Positions 40,880 through 53,516 of a stretch of DNA of 64,000 nucleotides are shown here, piece after piece. Position numbers and translations under genes: made by a program. The first letter of the stretch is position 1. Every line of letters starts with the position of its first letter. This DNA is from Chlorokybus atmophyticus (lineage: Eukaryota; Plantae; Mesostigma and Chlorokybus algae). Location of the stretch: the NCBI GenBank assembly GCA_009103225.1, contig RHPI01002368.1, forward strand, positions 202,772 through 266,771, in the 5' to 3' direction. The notes beneath the pieces are model-generated. The model searched no databases and was not told the origin of the DNA. It saw only the letters and a list, made by a program, of their open reading frames with translations.

Positions 40880-42346
40880 ACAAGACCCATCGACACCGCT
40901 TTTTAAGGCCAGACAATGAGGAGCGAGAGTAGTGGCGGCGGCCAACATTAACAGCTTCCCTTAGCAGACTCTAGGGAATTACTAGACAATAAGTTGCAAC
41001 TAAGCGTGGCGCAGAAGCGGCGGCATTCCTTTTAAGACTTTCAAAAGTCACCATCAGACTAGGAAAAACGCGTGCATGCACGCTACCTTGTGTGAAAGTT
41101 GAACTTGTAAGAGCTGTCGCCCGAACTCCTTTGCTGTATACCCTGTTGTTGCCTTGCCCAGGATGCTTTGTCTCTCTCTTGCATTATTGCGTTAACCTCT
41201 TGGCGATGCCACCGCCCTGGTGCCTGCAAACTGCATCCTCCCCTGCCTAACACGGTACTTTACATGCCTTGCACAACCACAATCACGGTTGTGGGTATCC
41301 ACTAGCTTGCTGTTGGGTGAGTGCTTGCATCATGTAAACTCGTCTTATGTAGCAAACTTGAATTACATATGAACACACTTGCATGACTGCTGTGTGCTTG
41401 TTCATTCAACCTTATTGAAGGAGCATGTTGACTTGCAACTTACTCCACAGCCCTTAGTCTACAGTTAAGGTGTTTGTGTCTGTTTTGCCTTATTCGTGTC
41501 CGTTGCATGCGTGTGCATGCGTCTCGAGAGTCAACGGCTCAGCTGGGGAACTCGGCAAGCAAAAACACATATAGGGTGGAGGCGAGCTGATCCTACTAGC
41601 ACGCTAGCCAATTTTCACTCCAAGACCTGCCCCTTCAACAAATGAAGGAGTGGGTGACCACAACCCACCAGTCACTGCAACCTTCCTACCTTCTTCTCAC
41701 AGCGACCCCCGTTCCGGAAGTGAGAAAAACATGGCTGCCCGCGGCAACCGAGGCAGCAACGGAAGCAGTGGCAGCGGAAGAGAGCTGGTCTTCACTGGAG
41801 CAGCATGCTCGTAATCACACCCTTGCCGAGGGAGGAGCAATGCCTCGCCAAGTTCATCGACAAGCAGATCGCAGTAGTATCGGTAAAATTTGCAACAGCA
41901 GTAAAGTGGCTGGTGGTGGAGCATTCCATGGAGGCCGCGCATGGCATGATATGGCAGTCTCCAAGATAGAAAACATTGAGCATCGTTACAAGGCTTTGCA
42001 AGGGTTTTGTAATATCGAATGTTTTCTTAATGTATGGTCTTTTAACAAACTAAGATTCACCTTTCTTTAATTTTAAATATCTTTGGGTGTAGCAAATTGC
42101 CAGATGAAAGTTGCTGGACAGGAGAACCCTGTTAGATCATCTGAGTTTCGAAAGAGTTCGGATTTGAGTTTGAAAACTCTGAGGCGAGGTCTTTGTAGAG
42201 TCTGAAAGGTCTGGATCTGGCAAGCTTGGGTCATTACAAGGTCCGAGTTCAGGTTTGAAGATTTAAAGTTGGATTTTTTTGCAGGGTCTGGATCTGAGTC
42301 GAGAGAGGCCGCTGGCGGCGGGGACCGGGATTGCACAGGAGCGTCG
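40880..42346. mobile_element. Possible DNA-transposon remnant (hAT-like end)
   Basis: Degenerate coding-like sequence followed by subterminal GAGTT/GGATCT/TTTGAA repeats (42100-42300) ending ...GCGTCGCAACTCTA (reverse complement TAGAGTTGC, a hAT-like terminus). No partner TIR found. Confidence 0.25.
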
Positions 42347-43435
42347 CAACTCTAATTGAACCAGTCTTCGGTTACAACAGTGTGGTTCTGCAACCTCTGC
42401 TACACAGCTGAGGTCCAAGATTTTCTGAGGCTTTCTTCAAAGACTTTCCATAGACTTTCCATGGAAGCTTGAAATAGAAACTAACTAGCGCTGCTGCGTG
42501 GCACCGTTTCAGACAAACTTGTGCCTAGTTGTGCATGCATTGTTGCCATGTCAGCGGTCGAAAAGGGGCCGCCTTCCCCGTAGATGCTTACAGCTGGACC
42601 TCATCCCCGCGCTACTAGCATCAGGAGACGTTACCGTCAGCTATGCCCACAACCAGGCATCGACCGCGGCTATCGGCATGGGTCCCGCGCGATACGCAGC
42701 CATTCGAGGTCAGTTCGCGTAGGTACCTAGTATTCAGTCTTAGGCGTAGTAGCTGATCCGTTGTGAGTGTGACCTAAGTGTATCTAGGTCATTTTGTACA
42801 CTAGCCGTTATTTTGTAACTGAACAGCTGACACCTCACCATAAAGGCTTAGAAGTTGATCTCTATACATCGATGACGCTGTAAGTGAGAATTGAGGACTT
42901 GGAAATTACAAAGTATGCACATTGATCATTAGAAGTGCTCTGAACTTGCTCTTTCAAGGTTGTGCACAACAAATGGCTTGATGTGATTGCATCACCTCGC
43001 CGCCCCGTTAGCCAAGACACATCTACATGTAAAAGAGTGCAGTGCATACACACATGCATTACTTGTCACTTGAGGTGATTATGGTTGCGTGGGTGCACGT
43101 TGTGCAGTCCGCATCAGAGTGTGGTATTTACGTGTTGCCGCATATACCTCACTTAACAGTGGAATTATCTTGAACTATGCAAGGAATTATATAAGCAGCA
43201 CTACCTCTAATAGTGGCTTGTTGACTTACACTGTCATCCTCCTTGTACAAATGAGTGTCGTGCATCAGTGTTGCTTGCATCCTTGCAATGACGTTAGTTG
43301 CATCAATGTGGTGTTATCATTTTCAGCACTTAGTGCAGCTACGCGCACTAGTGTGTTGGGTGGTAGCATTGTTAGAGGTGCAATAGAGCACGCACACTCA
43401 ACCTCGCATTTTCCTTCAAGCACCGTGTTACCTGC

Positions 43436-46400
43436 ATGAGTGAGTCCCCATCAGCCAAAGAGTCCACTTATCGCTACGGACTTTCTCCTGTTGCTGACAA
43501 GAACACCAGTGACTTTGACAGCTGGTTGGGCTCTAACCTATCATATGGACGATACGGCAAACCAGAGGGCGACGACAACACCGACTACCCCCGTTCTTCA
43601 CCACTACTCAGTTTAAGATATGCTACTTCTCGTCATCGAGTTGAAGACTTCTTTTCATCGACCAGCTCGACAGTGACGACATAGAGTCAGCAGGCTCCAC
43701 CCATGGTCTTACCTTCTCCGGACGTCCTGGCACAACACCGCTGTACGAATGGATCATCAAATTCAACGCCAGGATGAGGTACCATGCGATCAAGACCCCC
43801 AACTGGTTGAATGTAATGTCATTTTGCATGGCTGCACCTTGCTTATACCACGAGGCGCATGAGGTGTACACGTCAGTTGCTGCACAACATGAGATCGGAG
43901 GGTACGGGGTGCAGGTCGGCACCGGAGCCCTGCCCATAGATGCATATCAACACCTGGCGCCCCTACCACGCCCATGTTTTAACTGCCCCACTCCAAGGCC
44001 CTACCTTTACAAAAGCTCTGGCCGCAGCGCAGTTGACAGATGATGCGGATGTACCGCCGGTGGACGCGGCACTTGTGAATCGTGACCTAACGGAGGCACA
44101 ACAAACCCGTCGTGCCCAAGTACACCTGCTAGCATACAGACTCCTGAAAAAACAGCAAAAAGCGATGGACGCAGCACAGGCATGACAACGCGCTGCTGCC
44201 ACGGAGCCGCCTGTTCGTACGAGGACGCAAGGGACACCAAAAACACACCTGCAGGCAGTGCTCTGTTTTCGGCTTCTGTTAGTATGCGCAAACCTGCTCT
44301 CACCGTAAGGGTGGACCGCACGTTGTCACCTTGCCAGGACTTGTACCTCGCACTTCGGCATACCTTTTCGCCACAAACAAGCCAGAAGGTGGAAGAGTTG
44401 CGCCACTTCATGCGCAAAGCAGGAGAGGATCCCCTGCGCATGTACACCCGCATGGTGAAGCTGCTAAAGGACACCAACTACAAGACCCTCAGCGACGAAG
44501 TTGCCGCGATGGTATTGGTCAGCCAGCTAGAGCCTTCACTAAACTGAACGGTGGACAACTCTCACAACCACACCCAACTACAAGGTTATTCGCTGCTTCA
44601 AGCTTTTGAATCAGCCCAGGCAATTCACGACCAACAGGTGAGAATGAGAGCAGTGGCACATGAATTTTAGTCCCTGATGTGCCTCTGCCCCTGCTTTTTA
44701 CCCCAGCCGGCGTGACAGCAATTCTTATCCCAAACCTCTAATGAAGTCAACTCACACTGTACTTCCTGCTCTTGTTGTTTGTCCTCAGTGTGGTCGTCAC
44801 CACCATGACCAAAAGGACTGCACAAAGGAGTATGGCAACCTGGTGTGCGATCACTGCCACAAGAATGGACACTTGGAGGCAGTCTGCTACGCCAAGCACT
44901 TTGAGTTAAGACCCTCAAGCAGCTATTATTGCAGCAGCGGTTACAACAACAACCATGGCAACAAGGGCAAGGAGCCAGCCAACAATAACTACCGGGGGAA
45001 AAACAAACCTTCCAAAACAAAAGCAGAACCAAGAAGGTGGACTCAAGGCAGGCAATGCCGCACACAAGGCGCCTGTTGCGGAAAACACGATTGTGGTTGC
45101 TGCTCTCACAACACGGATGGATGAGCTCCGCGCGATGCTCAAGGGCAGGGATGATGAGTACCGTACGTACTACACGGCACGGTTGGAAGCAATGGGAGTT
45201 GAGCGCAAAAAGGAAACTCCACCTACGCGTATCAACCACCGCGCCGAGCTTGAAGAAACGATGGTCCGTTCATGTCAACGGCTAAAGCTGGTCCTACTGC
45301 CCAAGCCGCAACAACAGCAGCGACGACAACAGCCGCCGCACCAACCGCCACCACCTGAGCCTCCGCTCCACTAGCTGCTTGGCCTCCGCCATTGCGGCCC
45401 CCACGACAGCTGCTGCCACACAAGCAGCCACGTCGACCACTACGATCTGTGTCAGTGGAGATCTTGCAGCCAGTATCACTGCCACTACCGCCGTCCTCGC
45501 TGCCAAACCCACTACAACGCAGTCACCAGTCGCCACCATTGCCACTGTTGACACCACTCAGCCGTCACTGGCTGTGGCCACTGCTCAAGCCAGTGTCGCT
45601 GTTCTGCAGACAACCATGGCAGGACCATTGACGGCAACCACGGCTGCCACGGGAGCAGGGCCGTCTACATTCACATCAGCGGACGCCCGCAACAATCGCC
45701 GCAGCAGCCTTTGACGTTGTTCCCGCTCGGACATGAGCCACTGCGTACTGCCACGGGCATACCAATCACACCTGCGCCCATTGGCATTGACCAGTGCATG
45801 TGGCGCATTGATGAGGATGCCATTTGTAACGGAGTAGACGATGCCCCGCTTTATGATAAAGAGTTGGCACATGACTTCCGCACCCTGCGCATTACCGATG
45901 GAACCCTCACCTTGTTTGGGGATTTGTACAACCAACACCGGTTGGCTCCAGAGCATCCTCCGGTGCTGCCTCCACCTGACCAAAAACCATCCAACTTAGA
46001 CCCACAAGTTGTCCAACTGTTGTTGGGCATTTGCTCGTCGTTCACTGAACGACAATCTAGAGTTGGCTACCTGCTCATGGCATGAATATTGCCGGCGCTG
46101 CTTTGCATGAAATAGGGCTCGTCAGTTTCAAGAGCAGCAAGAGCAAGTGGTTCGTCGCCGGGAGACTACTATGAGAATCTGCAGCGTGACATCAACAAAG
46201 CACCTGCAGGCGTCATCATCAAAGACGCCCGCGCCGAAGCATACGGCAAGGTTTGGGTGCACAGGCTACAGCATCCCACCGACGAGGATAGGGAGAACAT
46301 CAGGCTCGCTCAAATGAGGGCGTTGAGCACATAATAGGGGGGGGGGGGGGGGGGGGGGNNNNNNNNNNNNNNNNNNNNNNNNNNNNNNNNNNNNNNNNNN

Positions 46401-47702
46401 NNNNNNNNNNNNNNNNNNNNNNNNNNNNNNNNNNNNNNNNNNNNNNNNNNNNNNNNNNNNNNNNNNNNNNNNNNNNNNNNNNNNGGGGGATCGCTGCCCT
46501 TATCGCCGACATAACCAACAACTGGCCAGCAAGTCAACTAGGAGAAGGGTATTTACCACAAGGAGCACACCCTCATCTCGCTGGTCAGCAAACATATGGG
46601 GAGCAGCAGTTGCGCACACGCCTGTTGCAGGAAGGAAGCCATTCAGGGAACGTTGCAACAAGAAGGTCTAGCAGGCGCTACACTCGGAGGGATGCTGCGG
46701 CTGCAGCAAACCATGCACAAATGGGCTCAGGTACTCGCGTGGTTGATTAACAACCGCCCTGCAGTCCCACATTGCGCGTGCTTACCACGCCTGCAATAGA
46801 TGAGTGCATTCATGCGCTCTGTACGCATGCGTACGACCAAGTGACGGACCAGCTGCGTCCCTACGGCATCCATGACAGAGTCACCATGGAGGTCACCTTC
46901 ATACACCTACCAGGCATAAGGCAGCATGACAACTTCGGCGCATCGCAGGCGCATGACAACCAGCGTCGACAACAGGACTCGCCCGACACACTGAGGGTGC
47001 GGGCCATGGCAGTGATTGATATAGGGATCACTGGAGGCAGGTGGGACGCATACGGAGCACCCTCGGGATACCCACCATTGGCGAAGCATTGAGAAGGCAG
47101 CTGGTTTGGGCCGTCTACCTCACGCCCTTGCCTCAGGTGGAGGGTTTTGACAACTGGCATTATCACCTCTCGGCCACCTGAGAGGGCACCCTCGTGTGAA
47201 GGCCGCTCATGCAGTCCATTAGACAAAAAGAGGCAGAGTGGCAGCAAGTGAGCGCGTTTCCACCATCACCACCTACAGCAGCTGGCATCGACCCGACACC
47301 TCGTTGCAACCCACCACCGATGCCGGCACCTCTAGGCTAGGGGCGGGGGGGTCAGGCTGGATAGGGGGGTGCATAAGGACAGGGCATAGCTTCCGTTGCA
47401 GGCAGAGGAGCCATGGCAGCCTTGAGGTCCAGCACCCTGGAGCCGCACCCTACTGCAGATGCTGTCCCTCGACCCAACTCAATGACTGCGCACGGCTCAA
47501 CGCCAACGCCGTCGTGGTAGCCAACCAGAGCACACGTGTGTGCAAATCGACGGACGTACGCCGCAGCGCGTCGTGTTGGTGGAGGGGCGCAACCATGCAT
47601 CATCGGCAGACGTTGGGCTAAGGCCTTGGGTCTCACCGTGGCGTCCCTGAACAGCTGCCCTTTTAAGATAAACACGGCCACGGGAGGACGAGAAAGCCCC
47701 GT
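43436..47702 (+). mobile_element. Degenerate Ty3/Gypsy-type retrotransposon: gag with two CCHC knuckles, long unknown region, aspartic protease remnant; truncated by a chromovirus LTR
   Basis: Capsid-like YLALRHTFSPQTSQKVEELRHFMRKAGEDPLRMYTRM; knuckles CPQCGRHHHDQKDC and CDHCHKNGHLEAVC (~44780-44890); protease-like RVVLV(fs)GAQPCIIGRRWAKALGL...CPFKINTATGG (~47570-47700). Many stops and frameshifts; gap at 46359-46484. Confidence 0.7.
46337..46489. other. Assembly gap flanked by poly-G
   Basis: Ns at 46359-46484 with G runs on both sides; same pattern at 56327-56475 and poly-G at the window end. Confidence 0.95.
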
Positions 47703-48031
47703 TGGTAAGGAGGGGTGCTACCGCCCCTGCAATCCCCTACCCCAACACCGCTACGTCGCCGACACCGCCGCTGCTGGGGGCCATTGCCGGAGCAGAAGTT
47801 CCCCTGGCTATGGCGGCCGCTGCGTTAACAGTGCCGCCATACAGCTGATATCGACACGAGACTCATGTCTCCTGTTGATATCAATGTTACAGATAAGTAA
47901 CATCACATTAAAGCCGTAACATAGGTTAACGACCTTAATACGGCTTAATTGGCTGTATATACCCGTTGAGACCCTTGTTTAATCCTCCAGATAAGGGCGG
48001 GGAACCTCTATAGAGGTAGCACTCCATTACA
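47703..48031 (-). repeat. 3' LTR of the minus-strand chromovirus
   Basis: TG...CA ends; polypurine tract AAGTGGGGGGGAA immediately inside (48032-48044); homologous to 56141-56624; contains the palindrome ACCTCTATAGAGGT. Confidence 0.85.
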
Positions 48032-50822
48032 TTCCCCCCCACTTAGGTTTTAATGTCCTCATTGAAGGATTAGCAAAGCCCCACCATAAGCACTGAAAAC
48101 CAAAGCAGTTTGAGAACCAGGGTTGAAGCGGTAAAGATGTTTGCCAGCACCCTTTTACCGTCCGCGTGTGGACACATCACTCCACAACCCCAGAAGAATC
48201 TTTGGGCAATTGGTAAGACTCCTTTCAGGCTCCCACGTGTTGTGCTCAACGCCATACCCTTTCCATTTCACCAAGTAAGACGGCGCGCTTCCGCGTCGAA
48301 GCCGACGACGACTCGGGATTGCTTCCACCTCGTACTCAAAAGTATTGTTGCTATCCACAACAACGGGGGATGGAGGAGGTTAAACCCGACCAACAGAATG
48401 ATACGGATTCAGTACACTGAATTGAAACACATTGCGCATACGTATCAACTTCGATAAGTTTTAACGATACGTGTAAGTGCCGACCGGATTGGTTACTTAA
48501 AGGGCCTATCCAACGAGGGGAAAACTTGCGGGTACCCACTCCTTTGATGGATATGTTTTTTGTACCTAAAAGCACAAAACATCCCACATTGTAGTTGCCT
48601 CTTCATGATGCGCATCAGCTTGGGTTTTGTCTGTCTTGCGCTGCGAGCAGCCACTCCTTTCCCAACACTAACCTATCCTGCATGTCCGAAGCCATCTTGC
48701 GTGCTGAAGGTACGCAATTTACGTCAGTAGCGGGCAACTTGATATTGGCAGAACTTAGTGGATTCACTTCGTAATATGAGCTGCACACTCTCTTGCCATG
48801 CCATTATTGAACGCGAACTCAGCCATAGGAAGATAGAAATCTCAATCACTCTGGTTTGGACTCACATAATGCCGGATGGTTTCCTCAATCACTTGATTGG
48901 CGCATTATGTCTGACCATCCGTCTGCGGATGAAAAGCTGTGCTCATGTTTTGTTGAATGTGTAAGAAGCTGCACAGCGACTTTCAAAAATCAGCCACATA
49001 TCACGGATCACGATCAGACATAAAGTTGCAGGGCAAGCCATGCAACTCAAACACGGACGCAACCATAGCCATCAATAACTCACGGGAGTCTATCTTCATG
49101 CAACAAGGGACAATGTAAACGATATTAGTTAAACGGTCCACAGAAACTGCAACCGCAGTGTGACCTAATGCTGTCTTTGGGAGCTTAGTAATCAGGTCCA
49201 TACTCACACTTTCCCATTTGCCATCAGGAACAGATGGGCGCAGCAACCCAGCGGGTTTCTGACATAGCGGCTTGTCGCGCTGACATTTGTCACACGTGTT
49301 CACACAGTGCTTTACGTCAACAGGCAACGATGGCCACCAATACAATAGTTGCGCTGCCTTAACAGTCTTGCAACTGCAAAAGTGTTCAGCATACGGTGGA
49401 CGTGTACATCAGCTATGCAGTTCGCACGCAACTCAACATTGTTAGGTGTCACTGAGGTGGTGCCCACGTAATACAAATTGTCTCGTTTGTTAAGCTATTG
49501 CAAGTTCTTTTCTGAAGAAAACCATGAAGCATACCCTTGCACAGCAGCTTGCACATATTTGTCATCTGAAGACAATGTAACGTGCGTCGCACGCAATTGC
49601 ACATGCGTAACTGAGTCGACAATGACGGACAGTGACTCAGATCAGCAACAGTAGTTTTGCCTGGCCGGTACACCCACTCAAAAGTACACCGGGACAGAAA
49701 CTCATCATGATGGCATTCCAGCGAGCTTGTCTACGTGACAAGTTTTGCTGTGTCGAGAAGTACACCAATGGATTATGATCATTTACCACTGTGAATTAAA
49801 CCCCCTCTAAGTACCATCGCCGTGTTTTCAGAGCATGTACTATGCCAAGCAATTTTTGTTCAATGGTAGTGTAGTTCACCTCTGCTGGGTTGAACTTCCT
49901 ACTCTCGTAAGCACATGGTCGGCCATCTTGTAACAGTACTGCACCACACCCAAGGGTGGACGCATCGCTGACCACAGTGAAGTGCATGTCCCAAGTTGGC
50001 AATGCTAACACTGCAGCCAAAGTCAAAGCTATCTTCAGCTGTTGCACAGCAGCTTCTTGTTCAGCTGTCCCCAAGAATTGAAGCATCTTTTCACAACAGT
50101 TTTGTCAAGGGCACCACAACTGTAGAATACCCCATCATAGACTTGCGAAAGTAGTTTGCCAATCCCAAGATTAATCGCAGGTGATCTATATTCTTGGGTT
50201 GAGGCTAATCTTTCACAACTTGCACCTTACGAGGGTCACGTTTAACACCCGCATTGCTCACAATGTGCCCCAAGTACTTCATTGAGTGGCAACTCCGTTT
50301 TGCAAAAGTCACACTTTGCAAAATTGGCAAACAAGCGATGTGTACGCAATAAGGTAAACACCGCTTCCAAGTGCCGCTTATGCTCTTTTTTATTTTTAAT
50401 GAAGACAATGATGTCATCCAAGTAAACCATATCAATAGACCATATCATACTTGCCAAGTATGCCACAAATATCTTATTCATTTTTTTTAAAAACATTATG
50501 GGCGCATAAGTTAGTCCAAAGGTAACACTTTGTACTGATAATGGCCTGAACGTGTTCTAAATGCTGTTTTGTAAACACCAACATGATGAATCCGGTTTAT
50601 ATGATACCCACTTGTCATGTTCAGCCTAACTAAACTAAACTAAAGTACGCATTTCCCGACAGTTTATTAAACACATCATTAATTCGTGGTAACGGGTATC
50701 GATTCTTACCATGATCTTGTGCAAGGCACGGTAATCCACACACATGCGCAGCTTATCATTCTTTTTCATCACAAACAAGATGGGCGCGCCAAAGGGTGAA
50801 GAATTTGGCTTTGGCTTTGGCT

Positions 50823-52430
50823 TTGGCTTCCCCAAGGCGCAGCCCTCCTCTCGACGGACTTGCACTTTCACAGAGGCATCGCAATGCACTGGAGGGTTAT
50901 TCTCAAGGCATGGCAGAAGGTTGCGCCGGCGAAGCACCTCTTCCCAAGCACCTACAATGAGGTGCTGCGCCAGCACCTTTTCTTCAATAGCCACATTCGC
51001 GGCCCCGAAGGGAAGGTGCTCGATGTTGGCCCTTCTTGCCGGTGGTTTGAACCATGGGCAGCCGCCGGCTTCCACCGGGAATGGGACCTCTGGGATGCCG
51101 TCCTCCTCAGACCCTACACAAGCAAAGAGCTCAAGCATTGGGCCCTAGCCAACACGCAGTCTCGCCTGCAGTCGCTGTGGACGGCGATCCCCTCTCGCTA
51201 GCTGTCCCTCCTGCAAGCGGGACCAAGTGCGCCAGTGGTGGGGGACTGGTACACCAGCCCAGCTGGTGACGGCGCCGTCAACGACGTCCTAATGGTCCAG
51301 CACCTATCTCTACCATACTGCACCGGGCTGCTCTTCCCCCTCGGCGGCATGGAAGGAGTGCACCTGGAGAGCTGCGAAGGTCAGCGCACTATGTTGTCGC
51401 AGGGCCTGAAAAGAGTGCGAGTTCTCCCCCGCCGATCAGGACTTTGGCCGCCCCCTCCTCCCCAGCCTGGCTCGCGCTAGCAGAAGAGTCTCGCTACCTG
51501 GGTTGGGTGGCGACAGGCCGGGCTTTGCTCTCGGAGCTGCACGGCGATCCCGGTGCAGCATGCTGGCCGGGGGAAACTTCGGACAGCCGTCCCACCCCGC
51601 TGTGGGACTACACTTCTCGACTAGGCTATTGTCTCCTCACCCAACTGTGCAGCATGTCCCGGGCCCCAATCGATGGGCGCTTCTCCAACCCGCTCTTCTC
51701 TAGCCACGTATTCAAAAATCGCTTCACAAAGTCTTCGCTGCTGGCAAGCAACGCAGCCTCCTCTGGCTGATAGCGCAGAACGCCATCACCACGGGGGAAC
51801 ACCTGCAGCACTTGGATGCCACTCCGTCTTGCATGACCTGTTGCTCGGAGACGGTGGAAACCACCCTGCACATCTTTGTGCACTGTCCAACGACCTTGGC
51901 CTTGTGGTCCTGGGTGTCCTCTCTCTTCGCCTCCTTCGGTGTGGCTGTTGATCTCTTAGTACCCTCCGTTCTGTTTGGGGTCTCTAATACGTCTCGCTTA
52001 GGACTTCTGTTACAGGTTTAGGGTGCAGTGCGCCCTCTTGCTACTATGGTGCTTGTGGTGTTTTCGTTGTTCACTTCGCTACAAACACTCTTCACCGCCG
52101 ATGGGGGTGCTCCGGGCTAACTTCTTGCAGGCATTAATAGTTCGTGCTCGGGAGCAATGGGTGGCAATGCTCTCCACTCCGGTCAAAGACGATGGAAGGG
52201 AGCAGGCCTTCATGCTTTCTTGGGGCTGCAATTCCGTGTTTTGCGTGGGTACTGGCTCGATACCCTTTCCCTCGGTGGTGTGGTTCCTGTGGGACTCCAT
52301 ACCTGTTGTTTCTTAGCTCGTCCTTCATAGCTTTCTTGTTAGCAACAATTGTATGCAAATCTTACGTTCACCTAGCATGTACACTATAGCTAGTTCTCAC
52401 TTGCACTCTTATTAACCAAGCATCTGTTAT
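50823..52430 (+). mobile_element. 5'-truncated L1/Tx1-type LINE ORF2 3' fragment inserted in the chromovirus RT
   Basis: HWRVILKAW...HLFFNSHI...WAAAGFHREWDLW region and zf-RVT-like SCMTCCSETVETTLHIFVHCPTTLALW (~51820-51910), then LLWCLWCFRC; (TTTGGC)4 at the junction (~50806-50829). Frameshifted. Confidence 0.8.
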
Positions 52431-52908
52431 GCAGCTGGCATCGACCCGACACCTCGTTGCAACCCACCACCGATGCCGGCACCTCTAGGCTAGGGGCGGG
52501 GGGGTCAGGCTGGATAGGGGGGTGCATAAGGACAGGGCATAGCTTCCGTTGCAGGCAGAGGAGCCATGGCAGCCTTGAGGTCCAGCACCCTGGAGCCGCA
52601 CCCTACTGCAGATGCTGTCCCTCGACCCAACTCAATGACTGCGCACGGCTCAACGCCAACGCCGTCGTGGTAGCCAACCAGAGCACACGTGTGTGCAAAT
52701 CGACGGACGTACGCCGCAGCGCGTCGTGTTGGTGGAGGGGCGCAACCATGCATCATCGGCAGACGTTGGGCTAAGGCCTTGGGTCTCACCGTGGCGTCCC
52801 TGAACAGCTGCCCTTTTAAGATAAACACGGCCACGGGAGGACGAGAAAGCCCCGTTGGTAAGGAGGGGTGCTACCGCCCCTGCAATCCCCTACCCCAACA
52901 CCGCTACG
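52431..52908 (+). repeat. Apparently identical 478-bp copy of 47278-47755, ending at an N (52909)
   Basis: No differences seen by eye, including homopolymer lengths; covers the host-element protease and the first ~50 bp of the left LTR. May be an assembly duplication. Confidence 0.9.
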
Positions 52909-53516
52909 NCACTATTAGGAATGAGTGGTATTGTGTGTCCGACACCTCGATCGGGGGGTAAGCCTGGCAACTCATCTGAGAACGCATCTTGGTAATTCTC
53001 AGTGATGTCTGCAACATCTTCAGTATTGCCCAGCTCAAAGTCGTCCAATGATGTCAAGTGGACCAGACTAGCCGGCGTGTTTTTGCGCACCGCACATTTC
53101 ACTTGCAGCGCAATGAGTAGCGCAGGGTCGAGCTGCTTGTACTCCGAGCTATGTGACCCTTTCACAGACAATGTTACATGCTTACGACCTTTCTTTATTG
53201 TGCACAGGCGTGCGCCAGTATCCAATGTCATTTTGACATATTTCGGCCATTCCTGTCATAATACCACATCAACACCTGATATGTTGATGGATACTACTAT
53301 AAAAGTAAGAGTGGCATGATAATCACCAATCCTACCTTCATTTTGATCTCCCCTTTTACTAACAGCGCACCCCCGCACCGGCAGCTGAAATGTTGAGGGT
53401 TTACACGCTATCTTGTTGCGCACAACCCATTGTACCTCAACAAAGTTGTGTGTTGCACCAGTGTCAATCGAGAACGATTTGTTTACACCCTGCATTGTGC
53501 CATTGAATGTCCACAA

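Noticed and set aside
47711-47715. AGGGG as a target-site duplication of the chromovirus
   Set aside because: GAGGGG occurs on the same side of both LTRs, so it is part of the LTR; no matching TSD exists at the right end.
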